Source of the DNA: Adineta vaga | Taxonomy: Eukaryota > Animalia > Rotifera | Reading direction: 5' to 3' | Length of the DNA stretch: 64,000 nucleotides | Assembly (NCBI GenBank): GCA_021613535.1 | Contig: CP075492.1 | Span: 3,100,001 to 3,164,000 of the forward strand | Notes under the pieces: generated by a model | What the model was told of the DNA's origin: nothing | The model's database searches: none | The model's input: only the letters and a program-made list of their open reading frames with translations | Program-made: the position numbers and the translations under genes | In this document: in pieces, positions 24,519-38,076 of the stretch | How the letters are laid out: each line of letters starts with the position of its first letter | Position numbering within the stretch: position 1 is the stretch's first letter

Positions 24519-25774
24519 TCAGTCTTTTCTGTTTTGATTGTTTTTTCGAAGGGTATCTTCGTAGGTAGGAGGACATAACGGCAGTTGATCAACTCTAATT
24601 ATTACTGAATTTTGTTGTATCACATCATCATACGAAGGTGGTAATGTTGAAATTTGTTCTGCGACTATAATTGCTGCTGCCCCATCATTGTAATCGAAGT
24701 TGTTTGATGATTGTAATTCAATTGAGACTATTGAATGTTTTAGCTCTATGTTTTCGATCAAATTTTCCGGTTCTGAAGGTGGTGAATTGAAGTTTTCCAT
24801 ATGCAGCAACCTTGCTGATCGATCTGTTGCTGAGGAATCCCGTCTCGCTTCAATGAAAAGATGACATATTAACACACCAAACAGAACTATAGGAACTCCA
24901 AAACCTAAACCTAGTCCGATATATATAGCTTGTGTGGTATTAGGTGTTGTACATCTATCTGAAACCGTTCCACAAGATTTGCCTCCTAGAAAACAAAAAA
25001 AAAATGATATTAAATTAAAATGAAAAGTTGTACACAGTGATCGGTTATTTAACTCACTGTAACAACACCATGTTTGGGATGTATCACCACAAACTGTCCA
25101 AGATCCTATACATTAAATATTTAACATTAAAAGATCCAAGTAAAAGAACGTTATGAAATGAAAGTATTGATCATGTGAAAGGATGAAAATTCTCACTCTA
25201 CATTTAATTGCTAAGAAATTTTGACATCTTACATGTGCAGGAGATTAAATCAGAACTAAACATCACTAACAATATACGGAACGTCTTTTTGATCTTGTTA
25301 AATATGTAAAATGACTGGTCAAATGGTATAGGCACTCCTTGTGGTTATGAATATGACGATCAATACTTAGTTTTAATATGTCGCAGAATCTACTTAGGAA
25401 ACCTTACCTGTAAAATGGGCACAGTTCGCTTCTTGCTCTTGACGGGATATTTCTGACATTCTGTTAACCATTTGCATGAATTCTTCACGCCTTTTACTTT
25501 CAGCAACAAAATCATACGAGTCAAAATTTGGAATAAGGTTTCGAGTAGCAACTGTACTTTTTAATTGACTTTTAAAATAATTCTGTTGAATAGATGTTTT
25601 CGAATACAACATGGATGATCTCTCCCCTTCTGAAATATGATCAGATGCGTCTAACCCTTCTTGTTGATTTCTTGTCGTCAATCGTTTTTGAGAAAAATCA
25701 CTAGGCTTAGAATCATTGGATTGAACCAGTAGTAGTTGAACAAGAAGAAAGATTAAGTTTGAATAATGTGCCAT
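24519..25774 (-). CDS. Single-pass membrane protein with a 6-Cys ectodomain and PPxY motifs (Shisa/WBP1-like adaptor)
   Basis: Signal peptide (ATG 25774). Three exons splice in frame to CAHFTGSWTVCGDTSQTWCCYRGKSCGTVSDRC, then TM IYIGLGLGFGVPIVLFGVLIC and cytoplasmic PPSY and PPTY. Confidence 0.7.
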
Positions 25775-26199
25775 TATCAATAAATTTTGTGTCAAGAATC
25801 AATTTCACAAAGTATGAATATAAATGGTTTTCTACTTGCCTTGTTTTCCGCCGATTAAATTTATACTGACGACAATAACTGAAATTTACAAAAGTATATT
25901 TCTAGAAAAATAATAAAGGGATAACAAATAGAAATTAATCTTTTATCACAAGTCAGTTTTATTTTTTTTAAATCAGTTTTTTATTCCATTAGTTGTTATA
26001 TACCACAATCTCAAGTGGAAACGAGATAACTAGCGATTTTTCTGCTGTCTGTAAATATTGCGCAAAAACAACAGAGCACAAGAAAGACTTTTAGAACAAG
26101 AAACGTTTCTTCGTCTGGTATGTGCTATATTTTTTTATTTTATTACGTTACGAACTACTACCAATGTAGAATTAAAAATAGAATGTTACAGCATTATCG

Positions 26200-26754
26200 T
26201 GATCCCTTATTCTTTGCAATAATCTTGCATGTATAGATCGAAGAGAAAATACAATAAGTAAACACGTGAGCTTATACGTATATATATATAGGCATTAAAG
26301 TATATAGCAACTAAAGAACATTGGATGACAAAGATAAGAACGAAAAACATATTGATTACTGGGAAGAATGTATCACTATTGACAAAAACAAATTCGAAAT
26401 TTTTCCAAGCGAAATTAGAATCTGACTATAGGGATCAATTTATACAATCGAAATATGCATGAAATGTTAGTCAGATGGGTGTTTGTGAGGGTAGCAGAGA
26501 ATATGGATCAGAAAATATCGTTCACTCACATCCACATAAACAGAAATAGGGTGGGAGTGTACAGTTAATTGTGGTAATAAACCAGTTAAAATTGTTAAAA
26601 AACTTCCGAAATATGATTGATTCGAAAAATAAAATACTAAAATATTCATTATATTTTCTATTATTCCAATAATCAACATTGGTAAACCAATGAATATTAA
26701 AATAGAATTAGCGACTGAATGCAAACATAATGCTTCATACGATAAATTCGACAT
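26200..26754 (-). pseudogene. Degraded GPCR
   Basis: TM1-like IFIGLPMLIIGIIENIMNILVF and TM2-like FLTILTGLLPQL, after which the frame is lost. Confidence 0.55.
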
Positions 26755-27142
26755 GATGTTATTTTATATTTGAGATGAACAAAAAAAATGAATATTCAAA
26801 AAAGAATCGCTCGTCTAGAATAGTGTTTAGATTCTTTCGATACAACTTATAGATAGGAGTTCCTCGTCTTCGCTTACTTTTTTGTATGAAATTTTATTGA
26901 AAAGAATTTCTTTTCTATTTATATAATTTTTGTCTCAATTAATCATGTGCGCATACTTGAACAAGCAGATAATTCATGTGATTTAGTTTTTTAGAACAGC
27001 ATCTAAATATAAAAATAATGACAGAACGGAAAAATAACTACACTATAATCGACGATCTTGCCTCTCGTCTTGACAGATTCTTGATTTTCTTAACCATCAG
27101 GCAAGGTTCTTTTTCTTTTTCTCCAAAACAATCTTGACAGAT

Positions 27143-27194
27143 TTGAGGGTGGGTGGGTACTACATCTATCTAACATCCACACCCACACCCTCAA
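27143..27194. repeat. Representative copy of a dispersed telomere-repeat hairpin/MITE (TTGAGGGTGGG...CACCCACACCCTCAA)
   Basis: Inverted GGGTGT/ACACCC arms around a short spacer. About 15 related full or half copies occur in the window. Confidence 0.75.
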
Positions 27195-27195
27195 T

Positions 27196-28158
27196 TTATT
27201 TCAAATATTTTTCTAATCCAGCACGATATTGCATTGGTACTTTAGTTTCAATTATTAGTTTGATCGGTATTAAATATCGTTCATAATCATCATCATAAAT
27301 AATTCTTCCAAGACAAAGTGCTTTTTTTGCATATTTAACAACATCTTGCCATCGTTTTAACATACAACATGGAATAAGAACCGAGAAATGTAACAGAAAC
27401 ATTTGTAATAAACTATTATGAAAATATTCTTGGACAAATTTGAATAATTTTAAAAATATTTCGATAGATTTTTCTGGTGGTGTTGTATCAAAGTCTATAA
27501 GAAAATCTTCATCTTTTGAATAAGAAGCCCATTGTTCATCAAATTCTTTATCAATCTTATGTCGTTCACAAATATAACATTGACATTTAAATAACCAAGA
27601 ATGTTGTAAAAGTTCATGTCGTCGTTCACGTGAATGAAATCGTTCTATATACAGAAAACAGTCAGTTTAAAAACAAATTTGATGATTTATAATTACCTAT
27701 GTATGAACCAACAAGTTCTTCACCAGCTTTGATTTGACGATCAGCAATTAATTTCATTTCTTGTTTATTATTATAATCAAACCAAATCCAAAATACATTT
27801 CGTTCACATGAATGATTGACCATTGATATATAATAAAATACACCTTTTCTTTGTGTTCATAATCCAAATGAATACTATTTGTATCACATATACTTAAGAG
27901 AGAATGTTTGTATGGATGAGATGCAACTAAAGAACGAATTCGACGTTGACTTTTTGAATCTAACTTATCATAGATCGATTCGAGAACTATAGACGATGAA
28001 TAATTTGGAAATTTCATTAATGATTTTTCACATATAATAACTGTACCACATTGTAAATCACGTTTAGCAAACATCCCATAACCTTTACCATCGATAGGTT
28101 TAATAACAAATAAATCTGACTGTGGACCATCGATAACACGTTCGATACAAGTATTCAT
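27196..28158 (-). pseudogene. SET-domain (SMYD/SET5-like) lysine methyltransferase with a 1-nt frameshift near 27845
   Basis: GKGYGMFAKRDL in the first frame. A shifted frame gives KGVFYYISMVNHSCERN...IKAGEELVGSY, and after an intron the post-SET FKCQCYIC. The shift lies in an A-run (gaaaaggt), so it may be a sequencing error. Confidence 0.8.
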
Positions 28159-28661
28159 CTTAATCTAAAACAATAAAAAACTATAATTATCCGAACGAAA
28201 ACTCGACTTTCGTCATGTTTTTAGTAACATTTATATCAGCTTCAAAAACTATGATTATGCAAAACCTTTATCATGCCCGTCCATATATGTCTGTGAATGA
28301 CCAAAGGAAAAAAAAATGGGGAAATATCCGACGTGTATTCCACAGACAAACCAACGAAAAAAGAGAAACCATAGAGGGCGCTTGTTAAGGTCAATGATTA
28401 AACTTCTAACTATATAAAATTTTTGGCGACTAATATAACATGGGTTGTTGGCACGATATTCCATATGCATAACGGTGATAAGCGGAATAAATTGTACTAT
28501 TGTCATCACAAATATCATCAACATCCATACGATTATCATTAATTATCTCTAACACCCACACCCACACCTTCAAGATGGTCCTTTCTTTAAAGTTTGTACG
28601 TTTGCCCAAGCCAATCAGATTGCAGCAAACTTTTATATCTAAAAACTCCTTGTATATTCTA

Positions 28662-31129
28662 TGTGAGAAAGAAATGGCTCCAAGGGAATTGAAGTTAGTC
28701 TTGATATAGCACTTGTTTTTCTAAATCAAATCCTTTCAGAAAAATCTTAGTTTCTAAAGTTATCAAGAGATAAAATATCAATGATCTATTTTACACCATT
28801 TTATGTGATAATAGAAATGTAAGGGTTTTTTCTTTTTGTCGAGAGCAAACTTTACAGTGTATCGATGAGAATAATTTACATGTGCAGAGGAAAGTTTTTG
28901 CAAAAAAACGAGTTTCTTTCTCGATGAGCACAGGATAGAACCAAAATATAAATGTAATTATGGAGTTTTTTTATTTCTATCAATAGAGGGAGAAACTTCG
29001 ACAGTATAGCGATGAAAATAACACCATGGAGAAAGAAGAGAAATGCATATCGTTGTACTTAATTTTCTTATTTGATTGTTTAATGATTGTTAATAAAAAC
29101 AACAATTTCAATCGAAAGTGAGAAACAAAGAAATGCTGAAATCATCGATACTTTCAGAACAATATATACAAAATTTCATGAGCTTTCAACATATATTTTC
29201 ATAATGAAAACAAAAAAAGGATTTGTGTTTCATATTGAATTATGTTGTTTTTATTCACTGATGCGCTCAAATCAGGTATTACATTCTGCATGCACTCGAT
29301 ATCATATTTTGCAATGTTAATTCAAGTGGGAAGATTTGAAAAATACTCATGATAATCTAAGAATATTTCTTTCATATCTAATCATATTATAATGACAATA
29401 TAAAAGATAAAAATATCTGCACAATGTTTTTTTTAATTTGATGTGTAATTTGTTTTCTATTTTATCTTCCATATGCAACTATTTTAATTGGAGTTTGAGA
29501 GAAACACTTCAAAGTCGAACATTTGAGTACAATCGAAACAATATTAAAATATGCTTTTTGCCTTATTTTAACTGCTGACTTTCCTTTTTTCTTTTTTCTT
29601 TCTTCTAGTCACGTTAGTTTTTTGTTCATTTCAAGTGAAATCATGAATAAGTTTCTTGGTAATATGTCCCACAGTTAGGTGCGCAAAACATTGATCTAAA
29701 TATATATATATTATAATAATCTCAAATAAAAATAAACTTGCCTACCACTTTCTTCTTCAACTCTTTCATAAACAGATAGATCAACTTTAGAGCAAATTCA
29801 TACAGTCATTTCATTTGCATTAATAGATAGATTGTTCTCTGACAAAATTCAATCTGATTTATTTACGATGTCTTCAAATTCATCAGACGCAGTTCTAATC
29901 GCCACTCTAGCTGCTACTTCGACCCAAATCAATCGTTATATGCCAATCATTATCTTTTTGTTTGGAACAATTGGTAATCTCCTCAACTGTTTGGCACTTT
30001 CACAACGAACACTTCGTTCCAATCCTTGTGCTTTGTTGTTTTTGACATCATCTATTGCTAGTCTTATTACACTGATTTCTGGTGTTGGTGTTCGCTTTTT
30101 AACTGGCTGGTCTGCTGATCTAACCGAAACAATTGATTTTCTCTGTCAAATTCGTTTCTTCGTTTTATCAACTTCGAGAACCATTGCTTTCTGGCTAATT
30201 GCATTAGCTATGGTTGATCGATGGCTTTCATCATCGATTGATGTTCATCGTCGACAAATGAGTACATTGAAGAATGCTCAACGAGGTATCATTTTCATCA
30301 TCATTCTCTCAAGTCTAGCACATGCTCATTACTTTTATTGTTTTGAGGCTAATCGCCAAAGTACTTCGCAAAAATGTTATGGCAAAACAACATTATGTCG
30401 TTTTGTATACGATCTGGAATTTGCTTTGGTTACCGTTCTTATTCCTTCGTTCTTAATGATTATCTTTGGGCTATTGACCGTTTTTAATGTTCATCGATCT
30501 GCTATGCGTCGAGTTCGACCAGTTGCCACAATATCAGTAACACAAAGAAGTGTTCCCAATGAAAGATTGCCACGAGTGAAGAAAATAGAACATCAACTTC
30601 GTGTTATGCTTTGTGTGCAAACTACTCTCGTTATTCTCTTTTCACTTCCTCAAGCTATTTTTAGTCTTTACACACTTATCAGTCAAGGGGGAACTAAATC
30701 TCCAGTTACAAATATCATCAGTGTTCTTCTTCTCAATTTATTCGTACAATTTACTTACATAACGAATGGAATGCCATTTTATGTGTACACATTAAGTGGC
30801 AGAACGGTTTTTCGTAAAGCCCTATTTGATGGACTACGAGATGTTTTTCGAAAGATGACTTGCCGATGCAGTTCTCCCAATTAATTATCAGAAAGATCTC
30901 CAGGGTGATTGAGAACTGGGTAGGATGTGCAATGCATAGCTTCTTCATCCATACCTTCAAGCGAAATCTTTATGTGTGTGAATAAGTATTTATGAAGAGT
31001 CATGCTGACTAAATTTCACGATTTGAAAGATTATAATAAAGAATGAAAAAACTGATTTATCTATTTGTCATAAAAAAACATTTAGAATAGTTATTTATTT
31101 GAATAAAAGATATTCGAGATTCTATATTT
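28662..31129 (+). repeat. Segmental duplication copy B
   Basis: Direct repeat of 19845-22270, with an extra 83 bp between GAGCA repeats (28843-28930). Confidence 0.95.
29868..30884 (+). CDS. Class A GPCR, paralog 3
   Basis: Intact ORF highly similar to paralogs 1 and 2. Confidence 0.9.
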   Translation: MSSNSSDAVLIATLAATSTQINRYMPIIIFLFGTIGNLLNCLALSQRTLRSNPCALLFLTSSIASLITLISGVGVRFLTGWSADLTETIDFLCQIRFFVLSTSRTIAFWLIALAMVDRWLSSSIDVHRRQMSTLKNAQRGIIFIIILSSLAHAHYFYCFEANRQSTSQKCYGKTTLCRFVYDLEFALVTVLIPSFLMIIFGLLTVFNVHRSAMRRVRPVATISVTQRSVPNERLPRVKKIEHQLRVMLCVQTTLVILFSLPQAIFSLYTLISQGGTKSPVTNIISVLLLNLFVQFTYITNGMPFYVYTLSGRTVFRKALFDGLRDVFRKMTCRCSSPN

Positions 31130-31378
31130 GATAGTAATAAAAACATTTTATGATACTAGCAATAAAAGAATCATATGCTTGAACTTTTCTTTCTCAGATT
31201 AAAACACATAAAAGATCAAGACAAGAAGAACAAAGAGACTTGATTATGATATTGACTTACTTTTATGATATAAATCTCGTTCTATTGCAAGAAAACATTG
31301 ACATATATAATCAAACTCGATTCTTTGTGAAATTATGATGCACAACAAGGAGATACATTAAACTTACAGGATACAAAT

Positions 31379-34300
31379 ATGCAAAATGAACAACAACAAA
31401 TATTATTGGAAACAAAAGAATATACCAACACATTTTTGCCGCAGTGAGTATTTTATACTTATTACAATCATAGGTGTAATTATCATGATAATATAGTTCG
31501 CGACAGTGGCAACATATTTTTTGTACAACAAAAGCTCGTAATCTTTCTATTAGTGTCTTATTAATGCTATGTATTACCAGTGGTATCATAGTGGCTTATT
31601 ATGCCTACAATGTCAACAAACACAAGCACGTGTTTGTTACTGACGAATCAGAAGGTAATGCTAGTAGAGAGAAGGAAATATTCGCATTGAAATCGTACAC
31701 AAGATATGTATGTATCCTCCTTTTGTTCTATATAAACACAAACATCGAATGTTATTTAAATGAATTAGGAACCTGAATTACCTAAAAGCATCGGTTATAT
31801 GAATATATATATTCGCAAACCTATTCCAAATGGTAATCGACAACCATTTCAACGTTTTCAATTTCCAACTGCTTGTTATAGACGTCATGAATTTCGTAAA
31901 TTCGATTAATTTTATCAATTTCAGAATAGAATTTTATATTCGTTTACAGCTCTGACTGATTCACTGATCAGTATCATGCCATGGACTAATATTTATTTTG
32001 ATCGACGCAGTCGTCAAACAATCATCTATTCATTGAAGGGTGGAGGTAACTATAGTAATATCTATTCAAATCACTATAGTAATAAAATCGCGTTTCAGTT
32101 TGTATTCTACCATCGTTAATCAATGTTTATGATGAGATTTTCTCGGTCGCTGAACTTATTGCATCTGGATATGCTAGTCTAGTTAGATCTGGTGTCAAAC
32201 CAATTCATAGCATTGATGTGACATTTTATTTTAAGCCAATTCAATGTTAGTTTCTATTTTTTAGTGTTTACTTTGCTTTATGTTTCTCCTGTTTTGATAT
32301 AGTGAGTGGTCCAGGCATACCAAAAATTAATGATTTGACAGGTATTTTTGAAGATGGTGTTCATACAAGATATGGCTCTTTTCCTATTCGTAAACATCAG
32401 CAAGAAGTGCATGTCGATGTATATCCAACAAGTGAATCAGAGGATGAAGATAGATACGATCGACCATCAAATTCACGAAATAATTACTACAGACAACAAG
32501 GACCACGTCCACAATATTCAAGTAATGTAGAATAGTTTTTGATTAAAGAAACAATGTGTAAGATATTTTATTTTTGTAGAGACCCGCAAAACAACAGTTG
32601 TAACCACTTCAACTTTAACTACAACTCTTGAACCTGTACCTAGGGGTATTATAAAGATCGTGATCAATCCATCAACTGCTACAATTGCACCGAGTGAGAA
32701 TCCAACATTTGAAGGAATAACTTTTGGCGGTGTGGGTGCATATGAAAAAATTAGAGGTATTGCTTATGGACAATTAGATCCCTCCGATAAACATAATAGT
32801 AAGATTACTGATTTGAAACTGGCTCCTCGTAATGCAGTTGGCATGGTGGAATATTCGATGGATTTCTATATTTTGAAACCAGTAAATCTAATCAATGGTA
32901 ATCATAAACTATTCTTTGAAGTTAACAATCGTGGTGGCAAGCTATTCGGCTCATTTGCTCAAATGTCAGGAGGTAATAATCCAACGAATGCTAGCCATGC
33001 TGGTCAAGCATTTTTGATGAAGCAAGGTTACACTATTGCTTGGTGTGGTTGGGATCCGAGTGTACCCTCGACTGGTAGTCCAGATCTATTACGAATTTAT
33101 TTGCCGATTGCTACCAATTCTGATGGCACCTCAATTACGGGTCCTAGTTATGAATATATTGTTTTTGATAATCCAACCACTATATCTTATACAACTTCCT
33201 ATCGTACTGTTAGTACTGACACAACTAAAGCCAAACTTACAGTAAAAGATCATTTAATCGATTCACCAAAAATAATTTCGTCGTCAGACTGGATATGGAC
33301 TAGTGACAATACAATATCACTTTTGCCTCTCAACACAGCATTCAAACAAAGCTCAATCTATGAACTCGTCTATACAGCCAAAGATCCTTATGTAGCCGCG
33401 ATTGGTTTTGCTGCCACTCGAGATTTTGTATCGTTCTTACGTAGTTCAAGACCTGATAATCCATTGGCTGGTGATGTTACTCGAGTATTATCATGGAGTC
33501 TTTCGCAACCAGCACGTTATATGAATGACTTCATCTGGTTAGGTTTCAATGAGAATTTAGAAAAAGAACAAGTATTTGATGGTGTTTTTAATTGGATCGG
33601 AGCAGGTACCGGCATTGGTTTGAACTATCGTTTTGCACAGTCGGCACGTACCGAGCGCAATCGACAGAATCATCTTTATCCGGAGGCACCATTTCCATTC
33701 TCCTATACAACTCTAAACGATTCTGGTGCTAAAATAGTTGATGGTCGTAATATACAATGTACAAAGACAAATACATGTCCAAAGATCATGAATATTATTT
33801 CATCAAATGAATACTGGGTGAAAACTGGTTCATTATTACATTCTGATGTTGCAGGTCATGATACAACTACCCCATCGAATGTTCGCAACTATTTAATTTC
33901 TGGTACTCAGCATGGAGGAGCATCGTCCGCTAATTCTCGTGGAATCTGTCAGCAATTTGGTAATACAGTTGATGCAAATCCTGTTCTTCGAGCTCTCTAT
34001 ACTGCACTTGACCAATGGATTGATGGTAGATCACCGCCTCCTAGTATGGTTCCTAGTAATACTGATAAAACTGCAGTATTTTCCAGTATTACAGATGATT
34101 CTCCTCTTGGCATAGGTATCGTACTACAAGCTGCTTTAAATTGGCCAACAATTCCCAACGTTCTATACACGGGTCTAGTTACAGTTCGTAATCGTTTCGA
34201 TTTTGGCCCTAAATTTAGTAAAGGCATTATCAGTTTTGCTCCACCTAAATCCATAGGTGTATATTATCCATCATTTGTTTCAAAAGTTGATTCAGACGGC

Positions 34301-34651
34301 AATGAATTAGCAGGAATACGTCTTCCTCCTGTGGTTGTGCCCGTTGCAACATATACTGGATGGAATCTACGTAGTGTAGCCTATGGTGGAGATGATGGAT
34401 GTGAATCAACTGGCTCAACAATACCTTTTGCACCCGATAAAGTCACACGAATCGCCAAAGGAGATAGTCGTTTGTCACTCGAAGAACGTTACAGCACTCG
34501 AAATAACTATGAAAAAGCTATAGCTGCAGCAACTAAAACACTTGCTCAATTGCGTCTATTGCTTCCAGATGATGTGCAAGCATATATTACTGCTTCACAA
34601 AAACCAATTCAAGTTATTAATAATCCAACATATGACAATTATACATGGTAA
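31379..34651 (+). CDS. Type II membrane protein: intron-rich N-terminal region fused to a bacterial-type alpha/beta-hydrolase-fold domain
   Basis: Six short exons from ATG 31379 (MQNEQQQ...TM ISVLLMLCITSGIIVAYYAY...) splice in phase, via intron 32522-32579, into a Thr-rich linker and a 2-kb exon. That exon contains FGGVGAYEKIRG, LAPRNAVGMVEYSMDFYILKP, FEVNNRG, SLSQPAR, SSNEYW, GTQHG, DSDGNELAGIRLP and SLEERY. Confidence 0.8.
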
Positions 34652-35118
34652 AAAAAACAGATTTTACGAATTTTAATGACTCTTGCTGCTATTTTGTCAA
34701 AATTTATGCTTCATTTTACTATAATAAATATAGAGACTCACAGTTTTATTATTAAACGTATAGGTGTTGATTTCATTTTCCAACTTCATTTAGATTAAAC
34801 TCTCACATTCGTTCTTTTCAGCTTGTCTTTACGATCAGAATAAGAATAATAACATATTTCTTTAGTAGATTGAATGTAAATAAGAACGAGAAGAAATAAA
34901 ACAGAAATAAACGTGAATACTTTTGCATATAAAAGAAATTTATGGACTTGGTAATATGGTTTTTTCCAACCTTCGCAAAACAATATTATAGTCTTTTCTC
35001 TTTCTCTTTTTAATAGTTTTGTGAAATCACTTTATTCTTTTAGAATGTGTATTGGGAGAGAGAGGGACATCTATGTCCTTTGTATTTTATAGTATTTCAT
35101 ATATTTATTTCAGAAAAC

Positions 35119-37760
35119 ATGTCATCGTTTGAACCAATTGTATTGATATATGGATCACCCACAGATATTCTTCAAGCTACATTCAATTTTCCTGTACCAT
35201 CCTTATTTGCATTTGATCCTAAATCACTTGAAAATATTGTTAATGTTTCACCACAATTGAACGAATCATATCTACGTCGATATTTTCTTGTTTTACTTCA
35301 ATCAATTGATGAACTTGTTTTCCATCGATTCGAATCAAATCATCGTATTATTAAAATTTACAAAAAACAAAACTCGATCGAGCAAAATTTCGAAGAATTA
35401 AATCAAATGACAAATTCATTTAAACAATTAACACTTGATATTACCAATGATATTATTCAATTTTTAACACGAGAAGGTGAAAAACAATTGAAATTAGAAC
35501 GAATATCTTTAGTGAAAATCTATTATCAACAAGTTCGAATACTCAAAGAATGGATGATGACATTTTTCAAAGTAAAATTTCAACTTTTTACTATTAATAT
35601 CTTTGGCAATCTTCTAGGCTGAACCATGTCATATTCTTCTCGTATCTTTGAATAGTACACAAGAAAATCTTGACAAAACTCAACGACAATTACAAACAAT
35701 TTGTAAATAAGAATAAGCGTATCTCTTAATGAAATAGAAAGCTTTTCTTTTGTGAAATAGGTGAGAATCTCGGATATGATTCGCCAATAATTCGTCAATT
35801 TCATGATTATCTTCCATCAGATGAAAGACATTCATCCCTATTACCTTATTCAAAATTATTATTCAACAATGAAAATCCTGAGAAGATTTGTGAAATGATT
35901 AAAAATCTTTGTCCATTACGATTATATTTATATGGAAATGAACTGAAAATTCCAAGTGAATGGAGTAATTTAATGATTGAAAAAGAAAAAGATTTAATGG
36001 ATGATGAAGAGAATTGGATTTGTTTTATTGAAAATGAATTGATTAATAATGAAACCAAATGGAATTTTTCATTTTTATTTGGAAAAAAATGGCAAATCTC
36101 TCGTGTAATACCACTCGATTTAGATCAATTAAGTAATGATCCGAGATTTGTATCAGCACTTCGTCGATCATTTCTAACATATTCTCAACGACAAATTCAA
36201 GTAACTGCTGATATATTCGATTGGTATGAAGATTGTATCAAAAATGGATACATTAAATTACAAGTAAAATCATTCGATCATCTTTTATTTGATTCGATTT
36301 CTTTGTTTTAGCCGAAATTAAAAAACGAACAAATACAAATGAAATCGAAACGTCGTTATTACCGAGCAGAATCAATCATAAAACGATGTGTTTTTCCAAA
36401 CATGTGTTCATTTGACTATTCAATAGTTGATAATGAAAAATCATCTTCAATAACATTTATATGGTTAGATGAACTAATCAATGATTCAACCGAACAATTC
36501 AAGGAAATAATCGCACCATTTCAATGGAATTTTGTTAATAGTATTTCATCGTGTGTTTCATTAATTGAAAAACAACTTCGTCAAAAATCGAATATATTCT
36601 TAATTGTGTCGGGAAAATTTGGTGAAGAATTATTTTTAACAACATTTTTCTTAATGCAACAAGTCTTTTCAATCTATATTTATTGTGCTCAAATTGAACC
36701 GAATTTAACATGGAGTAAAGGACATTTACAAATCAAAGGTGTTTATGATAATTTAAATCAACTTGGACGTCGTATTGAAAAAGATTCTCAACAATTTCTA
36801 GATTCTTTATTTGATGAAAATAATCGAAGAGTTTATCAGAATGATAATCAGGTATTGGAATTTTAAAGGGTGTGGGTGATATATTTATTCATCAATCCCA
36901 CATCCACATCTTCAATATCCATTCGTATCTTATATTTTATTTAGTTGTTTGATCAATTCGAAGATAATGAAATTGTACCTTCAATTGCACTAACTGTGCA
37001 TAATAAGGAACAAGCAAGTTTATTTATGGGCAATCAAAGAACAATTGATACACTTTTGAGTATGCCACATTCATTTGAATCAAGAAGAGAAATGATGGAA
37101 GAGTTTCGTCGAATCTATAGAAATAATCGAAAAATTCTCGATGAAATCGATTTATTTGATAATAGTTATGATGATTTATCGAGGAATAGTACTGTTCACG
37201 AAGCCTCCATACAATGGTATACAAAAGATTGTTTTGTATCGAAAACAATAAATAAAATTCTTCGATCAAATGATGTTGAGCGAATGTTTAAATTTCGTCA
37301 TATTCTTATTGATATTTATGAACATTTAAATCTGTCATATAAACAAAGTGATTCATGGAGTTCTGAATCATCAAATGAAATCTTTTATCGTGGTCAATTA
37401 ATCACAAATGAAGATTTTAATTATTTAAAACAATTACGAGGATCGACAGTATCAATGAACACATTTTTATCTACAACAAAATCAATGCAAGTTGCTCTGA
37501 TGTATGCAGGAAAATATCTTGACAATAAAGAGTTGGTATCAATTGTATTCATTATTGAAAAAGATCGATGGACTTATACGCGTCCATTTGCAAATATTTC
37601 ACATTATTCATTGTTTCCAGATGAAGAAGAAACATTATTTTCGATGGGCTGTATCTTTAAAATAGGAAACATACGTCATTTAACAGGTGAAGATAATATT
37701 TGGACAATTCAGTTAAAGATGCGCTCGTGCCATCATTATGTAATCGGCGAAATCGATTGA
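35119..37760 (+). CDS. Mono-ADP-ribosyltransferase (R-S-E type), 5 exons
   Basis: Exons join through short GT-AG introns. Receiver-like FIWLD...IFLIVSG...SIYIYC region, then catalytic motifs FYRGQ, NTFLSTT and FPDEEETLF. Confidence 0.85.
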
Positions 37761-38076
37761 ACAGTTTTTTTCGCGTATAAAATCTTCACGAGAATGTCAT
37801 TAATATAAACAAGAATTTTTCATTTCCAAATAAAATAATATACTGTGTATATTTAGTATGTGCCAGTGATGACAAAAACTTCAAAAGTACCTACATAATG
37901 TCCCTCAACTATCGTGATGAAATCTTCTATTCATTTCGAGAACAGAAGGTAACGACGCAAAAGAAATTTATTTTCGTTCTTTTTCTTTTTCTTTTATTTA
38001 TTTGGCATGTGCTCGCTGTCTATGCGAGAACTTTTCTTTTTCCAAGTAAAAAAGAAGTCTACCGCATATCACAACG

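Noticed and set aside
29087-29320. 77-aa ORF in the duplicated GPCR upstream region
   Set aside because: The frame is not preserved in copy A (different A-run length), so it is probably non-coding.
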